The notes under the pieces are model-generated. The model worked only from the letters and a program-made list of their open reading frames with translations. It was not told the origin of the DNA and searched no databases. A DNA stretch of 64,000 nucleotides from Asterias rubens (taxonomy: Eukaryota). Positions 12,198-24,365 of the stretch are shown in pieces. Position numbers and translations under genes: made by a program. Position 1 is the first letter of the stretch; every line of letters begins with the position of its first letter. The DNA lies in the NCBI RefSeq assembly GCF_902459465.1, contig NC_047077.1, forward strand, positions 3,286,001 through 3,350,000. The letters run 5' to 3'.

Positions 12198-13040
12198 CTG
12201 GTCTATAACCATATCGTCACCAACTGCCCAGCGCTGTTTACTCCCAGATTGTCCACCTCCATCTGGTGTCATATCGTTGTCTGGTCGCTGGTAGAAATAG
12301 CCCACTGCAGCATCGTCACGAGCCCGCTGGGGTGGTACCGGACCCCCTTGGTGCTGGGGCCGGGGACCACCTGAGCTCTGGTGGGCTGCAATGCGCGAAT
12401 CATCCCATGCACTTTCGTTCATTTCTGCACTGGAGCTTGTGGGGTCAACTCCACTCGTTTCCGGACGGGGATCACGCATTCCATGAACTGCAAAATCAAT
12501 CATACAATCATACATGTTACCACCGAACTGCATCCATTAATACATTGTTCAAACCAATTTTCCCCGCCAGTCAACAACACAAATGAGGGAAGAGGAGAAT
12601 TACCTACATTTCCATGGAAATGCACATCGCTCAATGGACCGTACTGCACAGCCAATGGCTTGAAGTTGTAGTTGTTTCCTTCAGACTTTCCAACAACAAA
12701 AAGATGAGGTTTTGATGCAAAAGACGTATGACCGTCTGTACATGCGACCAGTGACATCAAGGGGTCATACACATCATAATCAATATCACACATAATCACT
12801 TTTTGAAAAAGCAAATACACAGCAAGGCATGTGATTGTGATTGATGGGGCCAACCCATTTCATATTTTTCATTGTCTTTGGCCCCAGCAATCATTAGTTG
12901 CGGTGGTTGCGATGATCATCAAAACCCTCCATCCTCCTGACGGTCGGGAGGATGAAGGGTTATGATCATCGCATTTTTTAAAACATATGCCCAATGAAGC
13001 TACAAATTTGACCTCATTCTCGATCAGGAAACTTACCCAT
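12198..13040 (-). CDS. PUM: Pumilio (PUF-family RNA-binding protein), N-terminal coding exons; the gene continues towards or beyond position 1
   Basis: Coding exons 13037-13040 (ATG G|gtaagt, in-frame TAA 9 nt upstream), 12604-12798 and 12198-12487, phases 1/1/0, 163 codons. RARDDAAVGYFYQR and SKQRWAVGD match the conserved PUM1 N-terminal motifs RSQDDAMVDYFFQR and SKHRWPTGD. No downstream exon was found within 1-12197. Confidence 0.85.
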
Positions 13041-13958
13041 CAAATTTTACTGCACTTGTAGATTTAGCCCTCCTTATCAAATTTTCTAAAAAGCATCACG
13101 CTTTGAGGGAAGTCAAATGATTTCACAATTGCTACCACCACTTGGTTGGTACCAGACTGATTAACTTGCCCTTGGCGCCGCCGGCACGGATAGGGTAACT
13201 TCAATAATCACGTGGGCACAACATTGATTGCGTTGCCACTAGGGCCAAAGATACGCTTGCATTTACGATGGTTCTAATTGGGGTAAATTGTTTAATGTGG
13301 CGAGACTATTCTTTTAATTTAAGTGTTAAAAAAAACAGACTTTTTTTCTTTTCTTTTTTCTTGCTCATGTTACTTGATTTAGTTTACTCCATTTACGCCC
13401 CCTAGCCTTACGTTACGAGTTATCTATCCTTCTCTGTACGTAATGCAACACCAGTCCCTAGAACTAGAATATTTATTACTGTGAATTATTATCAATAATA
13501 TTAATTTATTATTTTTCCATGTTTGGGGGGGGGGGTGGTCTCTAAAAAATCATGCAAGGCATGGGGATTATGAAAACATGGAAAAAAAACATCGTCTCAC
13601 TCTCATCTCCTAATTCAACAACCAGAAGTACCAATTTAATATTCGAGCTTGCATATGCCTCTCAAGGCCTCGCAAATTAATTTTATCAAAACTAAATGTG
13701 ATTAATTTCAGCTCATTTTAACGATGAGTTGTACGTACATTTACCATTAACAAAACAATGAACAGCCAATAATACACACGGTGCATGCAAACAGTACGCA
13801 ATCAACAAAACTTAAACACGGCGCCGTTCAACCCACCAGTTGCGACCCCAAATATATCCTTTAGGATCCCGTTGATTTCGCTGAGCATACTTGATAGCGA
13901 GCATCAACTTTTCAACCTCAATATTAGTCAGATTCAATAGAATTAATGGAAATCTTAC

Positions 13959-14035
13959 CGGGATGACGACTGATTAACAAGACCCCATTAATGAATCATT
14001 CCACTGGTGGCGTACGACATCTTGAATCGAGCCGC
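13959..14035 (-). other. Probable non-coding first exon of Pumilio, containing uORFs
   Basis: Donor ccg|gtaaga at 13958-13957; a second leader exon 13037-13085 has acceptor tttttag; two short ATG-initiated uORFs. The 5' boundary is approximate. Confidence 0.55.
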
Positions 14036-14072
14036 AATGAATCATGGGATATCATGCATGTGCAGCTTCACA

Positions 14073-14080
14073 TGACGTCA
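14073..14080. promoter_or_regulatory. Full CRE site (TGACGTCA) just upstream of the putative Pumilio first exon
   Basis: Exact palindrome, positioned at the inferred promoter. Confidence 0.45.
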
Positions 14081-15639
14081 CCATTCTGGAATGCATTTTA
14101 GTGCAACGTTTTCAACACAAATTCGTGCAAGGATATACTGTTTATAAGCGAAAAAAACATTGTTTTAGGAACTTTTAAACACAATATTCAGAAAGAACTT
14201 GACTTGGGCTCTTAAACCTGCAGCAGAGTGTTTATTTGTCTAAAACAATTGGATCGTGCCATCCCCGTTTTTTTGATAAAATAAAATCCCAAAAAGTAGT
14301 GTTTTGGAAAAAAAACCTGCTCTACGAAACCGTACTGTCGTAGTGCTTTTCAAAGGGGATTTTTTCTTGAATAAAGTTGATTCAAAAAAGAAATCCGGAA
14401 AATTTTGAGGATGGCAATCCTAAGGCGCAGATCCCCCACCCCACACCCAAAATAGTTCACCCCAAAACGTTGTAAAGTTTGTTGTGCTGTGGTGGTGAAC
14501 GGTCTTCAAGGTATAGCGCCACCAACTGAAAATAATTATTTACTTACGGTCATCTAAAGACACACTAACCAAAATACAAACACAAACAGTTATTAAAGAC
14601 AGTAACTAAATCGCTGTTGCTTAAACAAATAGTTACAAATAACTTTTTAAGAAAGACCTCAATTAACCTCAGGGTCCATGTCCAATCATGGAGCTGCAAA
14701 AATAATGCTAAGCAAAATTAATCAGCAGGACACCGGTCACTACAAAACATGCTTCATGGCATTTTGGCCTAGGCTTTCAATTAGCCACAAGGGCAGATAG
14801 AACTTTGGCAAAATTCTCCATGATACCTCAATGATTATTATTACATAATAACTCAATATGCCGATAATAATATTCTGAGTCCGAAGTCCACCATTGAAAG
14901 GCAATGTCTATAGCAAACCATTTTATTTTTTATCTTTGGTTAAGCCCGACGCCATAAAAATAATTGGTTGGTTGTTGGGTGTTGAAGCTTTGAATTTTGA
15001 ACCACTGCCTGCCGTGAACGCCATTTAGACTTCTTCATTTTTTCACCGCCTAACAAAAAAAGGCTGAAAGCACTACTCGTCTCGTCTGCGAAGGGGAGTT
15101 GTTGGGGAGTTGTTAAATCCCCAATGAGACTTCGTTGTATGACCTTCCAAGTGTTTAAATCTGAGAGGAAAAGATGGGTTTCACAATCATGGGATGGTTC
15201 GTTCTGACATGCATTGCTGTCGGTGGCCTACTGATATTCAGTTGTCTGCGATGGATATCAAAAACTATAACTAAGACAGGTAAGCCTAAGCTTAGGTCAA
15301 CAAATAGTCACTCAGGCATATATGGTATCCAAGCATGAGGTAGGCCTATAGGCCTAGCCTACTGTTGACATTTTACTCTCTTTTTTTCGTGCGGCTCTCT
15401 AGCCCTGTGTGGAGGACGTGAATGTTTCTACTGCATTTTGACACATCGGGGGAACAAATCATTGCCAACTTGAATTAATAAAATTGTTATTCCCGAGATT
15501 CTATGCCTAGCACCATTCCTGGCGCTTAATAGAGCATGATGCATGCACGCACGGCGTAGAGACCAATAGGGCCGCATTTTATAGAGCTGCTTTTAAAATG
15601 ACAAGTAGCCAAAGACAACGATGATCTGATACCATCAGA

Positions 15640-15847
15640 ATTGTTTTATGATATTGACCCCCCCCCCCTTGAGGTCTCGAAATCAAATTCGTGGAAAATT
15701 ACTTCTTTCTCGAAAACTATGGCACTTCAGAGGGAGCCATTTCCCACAATGTTTTATACCATCATCAACCTCTCCCCATTACTCGTCACCGAGAAAGGTT
15801 TTACGCTAATAATTATTTTGAGTAATTACCAATAGTGTCCACTGCCT
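15640..15847. mobile_element. Partial TTAA MITE (aggcagtggacac family)
   Basis: Ends ccaatagtgtccactgcct|ttaa; matches 25646-26023, 28578-28927, 29179-29491 and 48475-48854. Confidence 0.75.
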
Positions 15848-16533
15848 TTAAGTCATAATATTATGAGATTTAGCCCGAAAGTCATTACCTTATTAGTAGC
15901 GCTCTAGAATTGATAGGAAGAAGAAACTACGGACAAGTCTACTATCATGAACAAAAAGTACAAAGTGCATAACTTATTGAACGTTATGCATAATGAGTAG
16001 TCTGCGCTTGTGCTCAAAATGTTAATTAAAGTGGTAGTTATACGTTCTAATTAGTGTCATACTTAATTAGTGTTCTTAAGTAACTTTATCCAACCTTTTT
16101 TCATTCTTAAGTTACAAATACTGTTTCAGGTCACTTGTAAGACTTATAATTGTCACAAAAATTACATTTTGTGCTCAAAATGTGAATTAAAGCGCTAATT
16201 ACGTGCTAATTAATGTCATTCTTAATCACCTTCATCCGACTGTTTTTTGTTCGTAAGTTCTTAAATTTATTATCGGGGGTCCAAAAACGGTACTTATGCT
16301 CAAAATGTTAATTAAACTCAATTTTTTTTACCTTTTAACAAGGTCACCTAGTCACGTGACCTCAGTCAGACCCAGGGGAACTTCAGAATTGCCATTTCAG
16401 CACCACCCACAACAGACAAAGACTGGTACCGTCAAACCTTTTGTGCTTGAATTGTTAATGAAATTTCACCAGGCTCTCAGTCTGGACGACGTCAGGGTAC
16501 TTTGTGCATTCTGCTAGCATGTCAAATTGTACT

Positions 16534-17004
16534 CGGTCCTACTACTTGCCGTCAACTCGCCGACTTGCCGTCAACTCGCCGTCAAATCATTTTCGTGCCG
16601 TCAACTCATTAAATTTACTTGAAAAATTTATAAACGGGGCACGGAAGTGTTAAGTCTGGGCTAAACTACATATTTCTTATGGTTTTCGGTACAAATTCAT
16701 TCACAAAAACGACTTTGTGTTGGTAAAAAAAGTACCAATCATTGACATCTTGGGCCAAGATTAATCCATATGAAAAAGCAAGATGGCGGCCGACGGTTTT
16801 GCTGCTTCGAGATAATTTTTTCACAAGAAAAAAAACTCAATTTTTATTCCGAAATACGACCTAAAACTTACGCAAGTTCTCTTTCAGCTAATACGTCACC
16901 GTTCTATGCTTCTTTTGTGGATTTTAAATGTATATTGGAGGAGTTGACGGCGAGTTGACGGCACAAGTGAGTTGACGGCGAGTTGACGGCAAGTAGTAGG
17001 ACCC
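16534..17004. mobile_element. MITE with ~27-bp TIRs and 8-bp TSD, 87 bp upstream of the SDR start codon
   Basis: ggtcctactacttgccgtcaactcgcc ... ggcgagttgacggcaagtagtaggacc; TSD attgtact (16526-16533, 17005-17012); subterminal gccgtcaactc repeats. Confidence 0.85.
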
Positions 17005-17091
17005 ATTGTACTTGTTTGTTTTGAGGAGGATGACCGAAAGTAAAAGCCAAAAAACATTGTGAATTTTGTTTTAAAAACTTAAGGGAGCAAG

Positions 17092-20000
17092 ATGTCGCTT
17101 CAAGCTGTGGTCTTCGGTTTGCTGAGGGATCTTTTTCTCATCGTGTGGTACTTCCTGGAGGCAATAGTGCTGTCAGTTATTCCTCGATCTTTGCGGAGAC
17201 GCAAAAGTGTGGCAGGGGAAATTGTGCTGATCACTGGTGCAGGTAAGGCCAAACGAAAAGTCTATTGACATTACCTACCGGTATATTGTACTCGTTAGTA
17301 GGCGAGTCCCGTTTAAACGGTCAGTGAGTGCATGGAGGAATAAATTATTCCTCCATGGTGAGTGTGAAGATGGGCCGGGCACTCGATACGAACTGTGGAT
17401 TTTTTCATGAATTAGGGGAAAGCAAAAAGAGGGGTTGTATTTATTTCTAAACTAAAATGAGGTGTATCAAAAAGAGGGCAGGAGATTTTGAAATGCACTC
17501 CTTACTAACTTTATTTTATATTTACTAAAAAAATTTCTAAACCTCCTCCAAGTCCAACCAATCCATTCCAATCCAATCCAAATCCAATGACCTTTTTATT
17601 ATATTTGTATGCACTGTGTAGTGCAGTGTGAGTAACATTACTTTAAAGGTTTATAACCCAATGCGTTAGGTAATTAACTTTGCAAGTTTTTGTTAACCAA
17701 GTGCATTCTTCACTATTGTTTCCTACTCACATTAAGCAAATGTTTGTACTGTAAAAATCTAAGGTTCCTCAGAGTCAGAACATAATGTTTAAAAATGAAG
17801 AAGACAAAAATGAAGACTTGCACAATCGGTGATACCATGGTCGGTGATATACACACTTTAAATTTGTGTTTCTGAAATGAAGACCAAAATATTTTCCTTT
17901 ACAGTCTCAGGCCTGTATGCTTCGTTTTTGAAAGGGCAAGGGCACCAAGGCATTTTCTCCTAGGTAAAGGGCACCCTATGACTATGAGCATTTCAAGGGG
18001 ACCAAGGCAATGACCAGGGGCAACGGAGGCAATTGCCTCCGTTGCCTCCGTGAAGTATCAGGCCTGCAGTCTGGTTTCATGTTCAGCAGTTGAATCATGG
18101 TTGAATGATTGTAAGAAAGGATATTGACCAATTAACAGTTTCACCTTTAATCAAACAAACAGGTAGCGGAATTGGAAGACTCTTGGCTCACAAGTTCTCC
18201 GATCTTGGTGCGACGCTTGTTCTATGGGACGTCAACGAGACTGGTAACCAGGAGACAGCCAACCAGGTCCGAGAAAATGGCGGAACTGTCCATGACTACA
18301 CTGTGGACATTAGCGTCAGTGATAATGTGTATAATGCAGCAGAGATTGTCAAGAGAGATGTTGGTGATGTGAGTCGACTACCTTGAACTCTTGGTGGCAG
18401 CAACCACTGCGGTTGTACGTGGGTTGTACTGCGCTGCCTAGTAATGGGTTTAAGGGTTGGGCTACACGCAATCATCTGGGGTGGATTTCACAAAGGTAGT
18501 CCTAACTTAGGACTAGTCCTAGGCAATGCTACGAGATAGGACTGGTCCTAAGTTAGGACCAGTAACTCATCCCAACTTAGGACTGGTCCTATCTCTTAGC
18601 ATTGCCTAGGACTAGTCCTAAGTTAGGACTACCTTTGTGAAATCCACCCCTGATTAGTTAAGGGGCTATTGGACTTTTACTAATTTGCAAATCGCTTGTA
18701 CAAAGGAATGTTGGCAAACTTGACGGAAATTGTCCAAGTACCACCGCAGTGTCTGCAGCCACGTACATGTAGGCCTATAGGGCCTTTCTCAAACCCTGGC
18801 TTGGGATCGGGCTCCAGGGCCCAAATTCGTAGCGCTGCTTAACAATAAGCAAATTTTCTTGCTTACTATAGCAGACAAATTTGCTAAGGTGTAAACTTAT
18901 TTTACAGGTTAGCAAGAAAATTAGGCTGCCATCTTGCACGTTTATCATGGATTTGTAGTGTTACGTCATTGATTTTCATGCAGTGAGCACCGGAAGATTA
19001 GCATGCCTTTTCGTGTGCTTAAAAGTACCATTGCACGCTGCCAGCATGCAATGGTACTTTTCGGATGGAACGAAAAAGCACGGTGAGTGACTCAGCGTGC
19101 AATGGTACTTTTATTTGCTATCACATGACGGACAATCCTCCAATCAAATGGCAAGGATCTGGGTGTTATATAAAACCTTTTAACTTGCCATTTTTCATTC
19201 AGGTCACAATACTTGTCAACAATGCAGGAGTTGTGACTGGAAAAATGTTCTTGGACTGTCCTGACCATTTGATCAAAAGAACAATGGACGTCAATATCAG
19301 TGCACACTTTTGGGTAAGTCATTTTTAATATTAGGGAATAACTCATGTGCTTTATTTTAATGTGAATGACTTAAAATGTTGAAAGCATTTACAAGCAAAG
19401 TACTATAATGTGTCACCGTGGCCACTAGCTTTGGTACAGTATCGTAGAGCCACTGTAAGGCAGGGTGTACTTTTTCGTATACTCAATTTTACCTGGCACT
19501 TGATAAAGAGTACTGGAGAGCTGTTTATATTTTAAAACATTACTAAAACTACACGCTTTGAGGTAATGTAGTTTTAGAGAAAGAGGAAAATTTTCACCCA
19601 AAATTTGAATCTGAGAAAAATTATATGCTACAATACAAGGGTGTTTTCTGATAAAATCTAAACTTAAACAAATCCCATTTGCAATACAGGTTAAATTGTG
19701 CATTGTTATTATCCTTTGCAGACATTGAAAGCATTCCTCCCATCCATGATTGCAAAGAACAAGGGCCACATTGTCAATGTAGCCAGTCTGGCTGGACTAT
19801 TTGGCATGAAGAATCTGGTAGACTATTGCACCAGCAAGTTTGCTGCTGTGGGCCTGCACGATGCATTGCAGTATGAGCTGGTGTTCTCTGGAAAGACTGG
19901 AGTCAAGACTACAGTTGTGTGTCCGTTCTTTATTGACACAGGCATGTTCAGTGGAGTCAAAGTAAAGTGAGTGTTTGTTTTGGGGGTTGCTAATACACTT

Positions 20001-21554
20001 AATCATTTTGAGTTGGCTCGACAGTCTGCAGGTGTACCCCTCACCTTGAAGTGACTGTTGGGTCTTACAGTGATGTTAGGCAATATCTCATAAATGAAAT
20101 GCAAAAAATCTCTTAAATAGTTTGAAGTCATACAATCTTGACATGTCATAATCTCTTAAATAGTTTGAAGTCATACAATCTTGACATGTCATTTCTTATT
20201 TTGTAATGGTACTAGAGATCCATTGATGACGCTTTCCTTGCTGAAGCCATCGTACGTCATTAGAAACATCATGGATGCTGTCCTTCTGGAGGAAAAGATG
20301 TGTATTCTCCCCAGGCTAATCACCTTTGCGGCGTACATTAAATAGTAAGTCAAGTCTAGTTATCAACAGTTAAGGCACACAATATTCAACAGTCTTATGA
20401 ATTTGACGTGGTGTGAATCATTGTATTGTACTTTAAAAACATCTTTTCAACTGTATTTATTTTATGACAACATTTTTATAACCCAAAGCACCCAATCCGA
20501 TGGCAAATTGCTACATGTAGGCGATTTGCAAACACAAAGAAATTCCAATCAGAGACTGCATGGTTGTAAAAATAATAATAATCAATAAATGAGTTATTGC
20601 TAAAAAGATAACACATTTATAATCTGTCTTTAGACATAGATTACCGTCTGTTTTTTTTCAGCTTAGCATAATAATACTAATAGGGAAATCATAATAACAA
20701 TAATAGGGAAATCACAGGGCGGGATGCTTTGCAGGTACACAGCTCTGCGTTAGGAAACATCAAGTATTGTTATTTTACAATGATTGCAGCCTACAATTTC
20801 ATTTACCTTCCATATGAAAAAAAGGCGCCTTATCTCAAAATTGTCTGGCTGTTCTGCTATTAATAAATACTTCAATTTATATTGAAATTATGACAAACAA
20901 TGAAATATTATGTCTACTTACCTCCTTGCACCTGGACAAGGCGTAGCACACTTACAAGGGTCTATCCTATCCTTTTAAAATGTTAAAATGTACACAAGGG
21001 ACTCCTAAAATTGTGGAAATGGTAGAGTAGACCCACATTGTGAGGAGGTGCATTCTGTGTTATGGAAGGGGTGAACTTATATGTATATAGGATTTGAGGC
21101 ATTGCATAGTGAGGTAACAATATGTATTTGGTTTGCGCAATGTAGCCAGGTAGAGTTTGTTCTTTAGAGAACTGTCTTTCTTTATTCTACTACTTCGCAG
21201 TAGATTGTTCGGGAGTTCATGAGACTTCTCAGTTCTGAAAAGAACTATCCTGCTTTTTAACTATTACCGGGGCGGATGGTATAGAAATAGACTGGGACAA
21301 CTAGTTTAGCTGAAAGGATTGTAGTTAATTGTGCTACCGCGGAGTTGGTTCTTAAATTGGTCTCAACGTTTCGACTAGTTTGCTATAGTCAACATCAGGA
21401 GACTGTGAATGTAATTTTTTAAAATTTAATTCACTGTGGATTATTTTTTTTTTTTTCTAGCTTGCTGCCAGAGAAGGCAACACTACTTGTCTTCCGCCGT
21501 CTTGGCTTCGATGTATGTATGGAATCATTTGTTGGTAGAGGCAAAAAGGACTAA
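17092..21554 (+). CDS. Short-chain dehydrogenase/reductase, SDR16C family (epidermal retinol dehydrogenase 2/RDH10/HSD17B11-like), 311 aa
   Basis: Exons 17092-17242, 18163-18368, 19203-19313, 19722-19966, 20216-20344, 21461-21554 (936 nt, all GT-AG and phase-consistent). N-terminal hydrophobic segment, TGAGSGIG cofactor motif, NNAG, catalytic YCTSK. Confidence 0.92.
17908..18066. mobile_element. CAGGCCTG-ended MITE, 6-bp TSD
   Basis: caggcctgtatgcttc ... gaagtatcaggcctg; TSD cagtct (17902-17907, 18067-18072). Confidence 0.85.
18479..18649. mobile_element. Palindromic MITE, CTG TSD
   Basis: gggtggatttcacaaagg ... cctttgtgaaatccaccc flanked by ctg/ctg; internal gtcctaacttaggac palindromes; relatives at ~24746-24862 and 58059-58175. 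Confidence 0.85.
19005..19150 (+). repeat. Dispersed repeat nearly identical to ~22880-23017
   Basis: aaaagtaccattgcacgctg...caatcctccaatcaaatg is present at both sites. Confidence 0.8.
21084..21405 (-). mobile_element. PLE pLTR-type repeat family A, copy 2, with hammerhead motif at 21360-21403
   Basis: Reverse complement: cagtctc-CTGATGT-t-gactat agcaaa ctagtc-GAAAC-GTT-gagac; core A9 is changed to T. Confidence 0.7.
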
Positions 21555-22535
21555 CAGTCTGGGAAAAGGTTGTCATGTCCCAACTAGAGTATCAGCTTTA
21601 ACCAAAGTTGGGCCTAACCCAACTTGGGAAAATTCAAGGTGGGCCTGTATACAACCTCGCTCCCAGGGGTGAACAATCTCGCCGCGCTACTTTTTCCCGG
21701 CATGCCTTGCTTGATCATAAGCCTTGGAATTTGTTCATTAAAATTGTGCTGGAAAGTAGCACATTTTAATGAGCGTCTGTAATCAATCCTTTCTACGCGC
21801 CACGGAAAAGAATCATTTTGTTTTTCTTTTAAAAAACGTATTCGTGCCATTAAAAAAAATGCGGGCGTGATCAACATGCAAATATCTTAAAACAACGCGC
21901 ACGCACACTTTACATCTTATGCGTAGCCATTTCATGAGCAAATGGCGTTGTTTCTCAGTTCATTCCTTTCCAGGGGTATCGATACGGTGCGCTGCCCATG
22001 GAAGCGAGGCTGGCCTGTTTAGTCCCCACCCTGGATGCCAAGTTTGGACATGCCCAATTGTGGATGGGATAATTATGAGTAGTCATTATTAATAAGGGGA
22101 ACAGGTTTTGTTAGTTTTAATAACGGGAATTAAGGTTCTTTAATTTTCATCAAGGGGAAAAGGTTCTTCTACCTACTGCCCAATTTCTTAAACTATTTCT
22201 GGACTTATAATTGTTTGTGTACTGTAGCAGAAGATTATGATAACAAGCAAAGGGTGCTTTTTAAGGGGCTCCATAAGCACCGATGATGTACTTGCTCCTT
22301 CAGCAATTGGTACATGAAAACCTATTCATCAGGTATAACAATTTAATTTAAACTAGAAATGTTAATGTTTCCTGAATCACTATCTTTCACATACAGTGCT
22401 TTTTTTATAGTTTTTTTTTTACTATGTAAAGCAAATGCCAAAAAAGACACACAAAATCTGAAAATATCAATTAAGTTAAATGTGTACTGTATATTCAGCA
22501 AATATAACATTGTTTGAGGGTGAATAGTATACACA

Positions 22536-22690
22536 TAATGAATGTTTATGAGTGCAATGGTGCGAATATGTTCATGAGTTGAAAGATGGAATGTTCTATT
22601 CAACGAGGCGGAGCCGAGTTGAATGGAACATTCCAGCTTTCAACGAATGAACATATTTCGCACCATTGCACGAATGAAAAACATTCATTA
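22536..22690. repeat. Long hairpin (~70-bp arms) forming the left part of a ~22520-23017 element
   Basis: taatgaatg...ttcaac [gaggcggagccga] gttgaa...cattcatta. Confidence 0.75.
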
Positions 22691-23363
22691 TTTGTTTTAT
22701 ATAACATCCAAGTAGAACTTTGTCATTTTGATTGAAAGAAACAACTTTCAAAACAAACAATTTCAACTGTAGAAGCCGAATGCTAGTAATTTTACTATGC
22801 CTTCTTGCAGTAACACCTGCTGCGTTACCAAAGACACGCGCACGCAGTGATGTTTTTACTCAGCTTTTTCGTTCCATCCGAAAAGTACCATTGCACGCTG
22901 GCAGCGTGCCAGCGTGCAATGGTACTTTTCGGATGGAACGAAAAAGCACGGCGAGTGACTCAGCGTGCAATGGTACTTTTATTTGCTATCACGTGACGGA
23001 CAATCCTCCAATCAAATGAACTCCCAGCAGAGCTATTGGAAGTTGACAAACTCATTCCTGAGGAGAAGCAGAGGAACTAGTTGGTCAACTTCCAATACTC
23101 GCGAGCATGCTTGGTAAAAATAGCAAAGATAGCTTGTGAGGATGAATGGACCAGTGAGAACTCGACTCTCGGTCATGAGTATAAACAAGGTATAGTAAAA
23201 AAGTAATATCTTAACGGTGGAAGAATTGGTTGGTGTGTACTTGATTTTATAACCAGTGTTTTCTCTAGTTGTATTCAGGAGTCTAGGTCATCTCAGGGCG
23301 CCTGGCAACTTAACACACATTATCCTTATTTATTTTTAGAACTGGTCCACTCAGCACTGTGCT

Positions 23364-23627
23364 TAGTCTTGGCCCAAGACTATGGTGCTTGATATTGGAT
23401 GGTGTACTACGCGCGGTTGAATTGCCAAAGCGCGCCCGCCACGGTATGATTTAGTTAACTGGATGGCTTGAAATCTAGACTATACTGGCAAGCCACCATA
23501 CCAGTTTAGTCTAGATTTCAAGCCGTCCAGATAACAAAATCATACCATGGCAGGCGCGCTTTGGCGATTTACAACTGCGCGTAGTACACTATACAATATC
23601 AAGCACCATAGTCTTGGGCCAAGACTA
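23364..23627. mobile_element. Fold-back MITE with TAG...CTA ends and 9-bp TSD
   Basis: TSD cactgtgct (23355-23363, 23628-23636); ~120-bp imperfect inverted arms. Confidence 0.85.
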
Positions 23628-24365
23628 CACTGTGCTATGAAACTGGCAATGGTACCAGAAATAGTCGACTAGCGTAGACCAATTATCATTGACTTGACAG
23701 AGATCAGGCAAACTTAATCAAACTATGGTCAAGCACGAGCACAAGCAAACATTCCCTCCTAACCCATGAACTACGATTGACGTAAGCGCAATGCTTCTGT
23801 AAGCGCCGACTCTTTGCTTACAGTAAGCAGAGCCATCAAATTGGGAGCAGTTATCATTCTGTTGAGTTAACTCATGTGATGATACTCGGAGTATCGTCAC
23901 ATGATGGGCAGACAATCTACTTGTATATTTATCAAGGTGCTAGAGCTGCCAACATTTGTATCTTGCAATCAGGGAGACTTTGTAAAATAATCAATTTGAA
24001 AATAATTTTGAATTACATGGAAGATTAATTTATTTTTTAGTGAAATTTCTGCAGAATGAGGAGAGTGGGCAGCTCTGAAATTTAAATGTAAACACATCCC
24101 TGAGAATATGTAATGAATTTTGTTATAATGGTTGAATAAAACTAACTTATTAGTGAAACAATTGTTCAAGAATTCCAGATTTGTAAAGTTTTTTTAGTCA
24201 AATAATATCCATTGGTGACCGTGTACAGAACAATGAAGGGCATCTCAAAGCGCTTATTAAGTTTTTGAATTATGAGACCCATTTATATAGCACATTGTAA
24301 GGGTTTTTACAGGGTGATGCATCGGAATCTGCAGCCAAGCCAACCATACCAAAAACACCCTTTAC

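Noticed and set aside
15641-15835. Recurrent short ORFs of the type MVDFETSSSK...KITSFSKTMALQREPF (also 25658-25852, 28670-28915, 29191-29469, 48646-48858)
   Set aside because: All lie inside copies of one non-coding TTAA MITE; the similarity reflects the repeat, not a gene family.
18479-18649. Short regularly repeated palindromes suggesting a CRISPR array
   Set aside because: Eukaryotic context, no unique spacers, enclosed by TIRs and a CTG TSD: it is a MITE.
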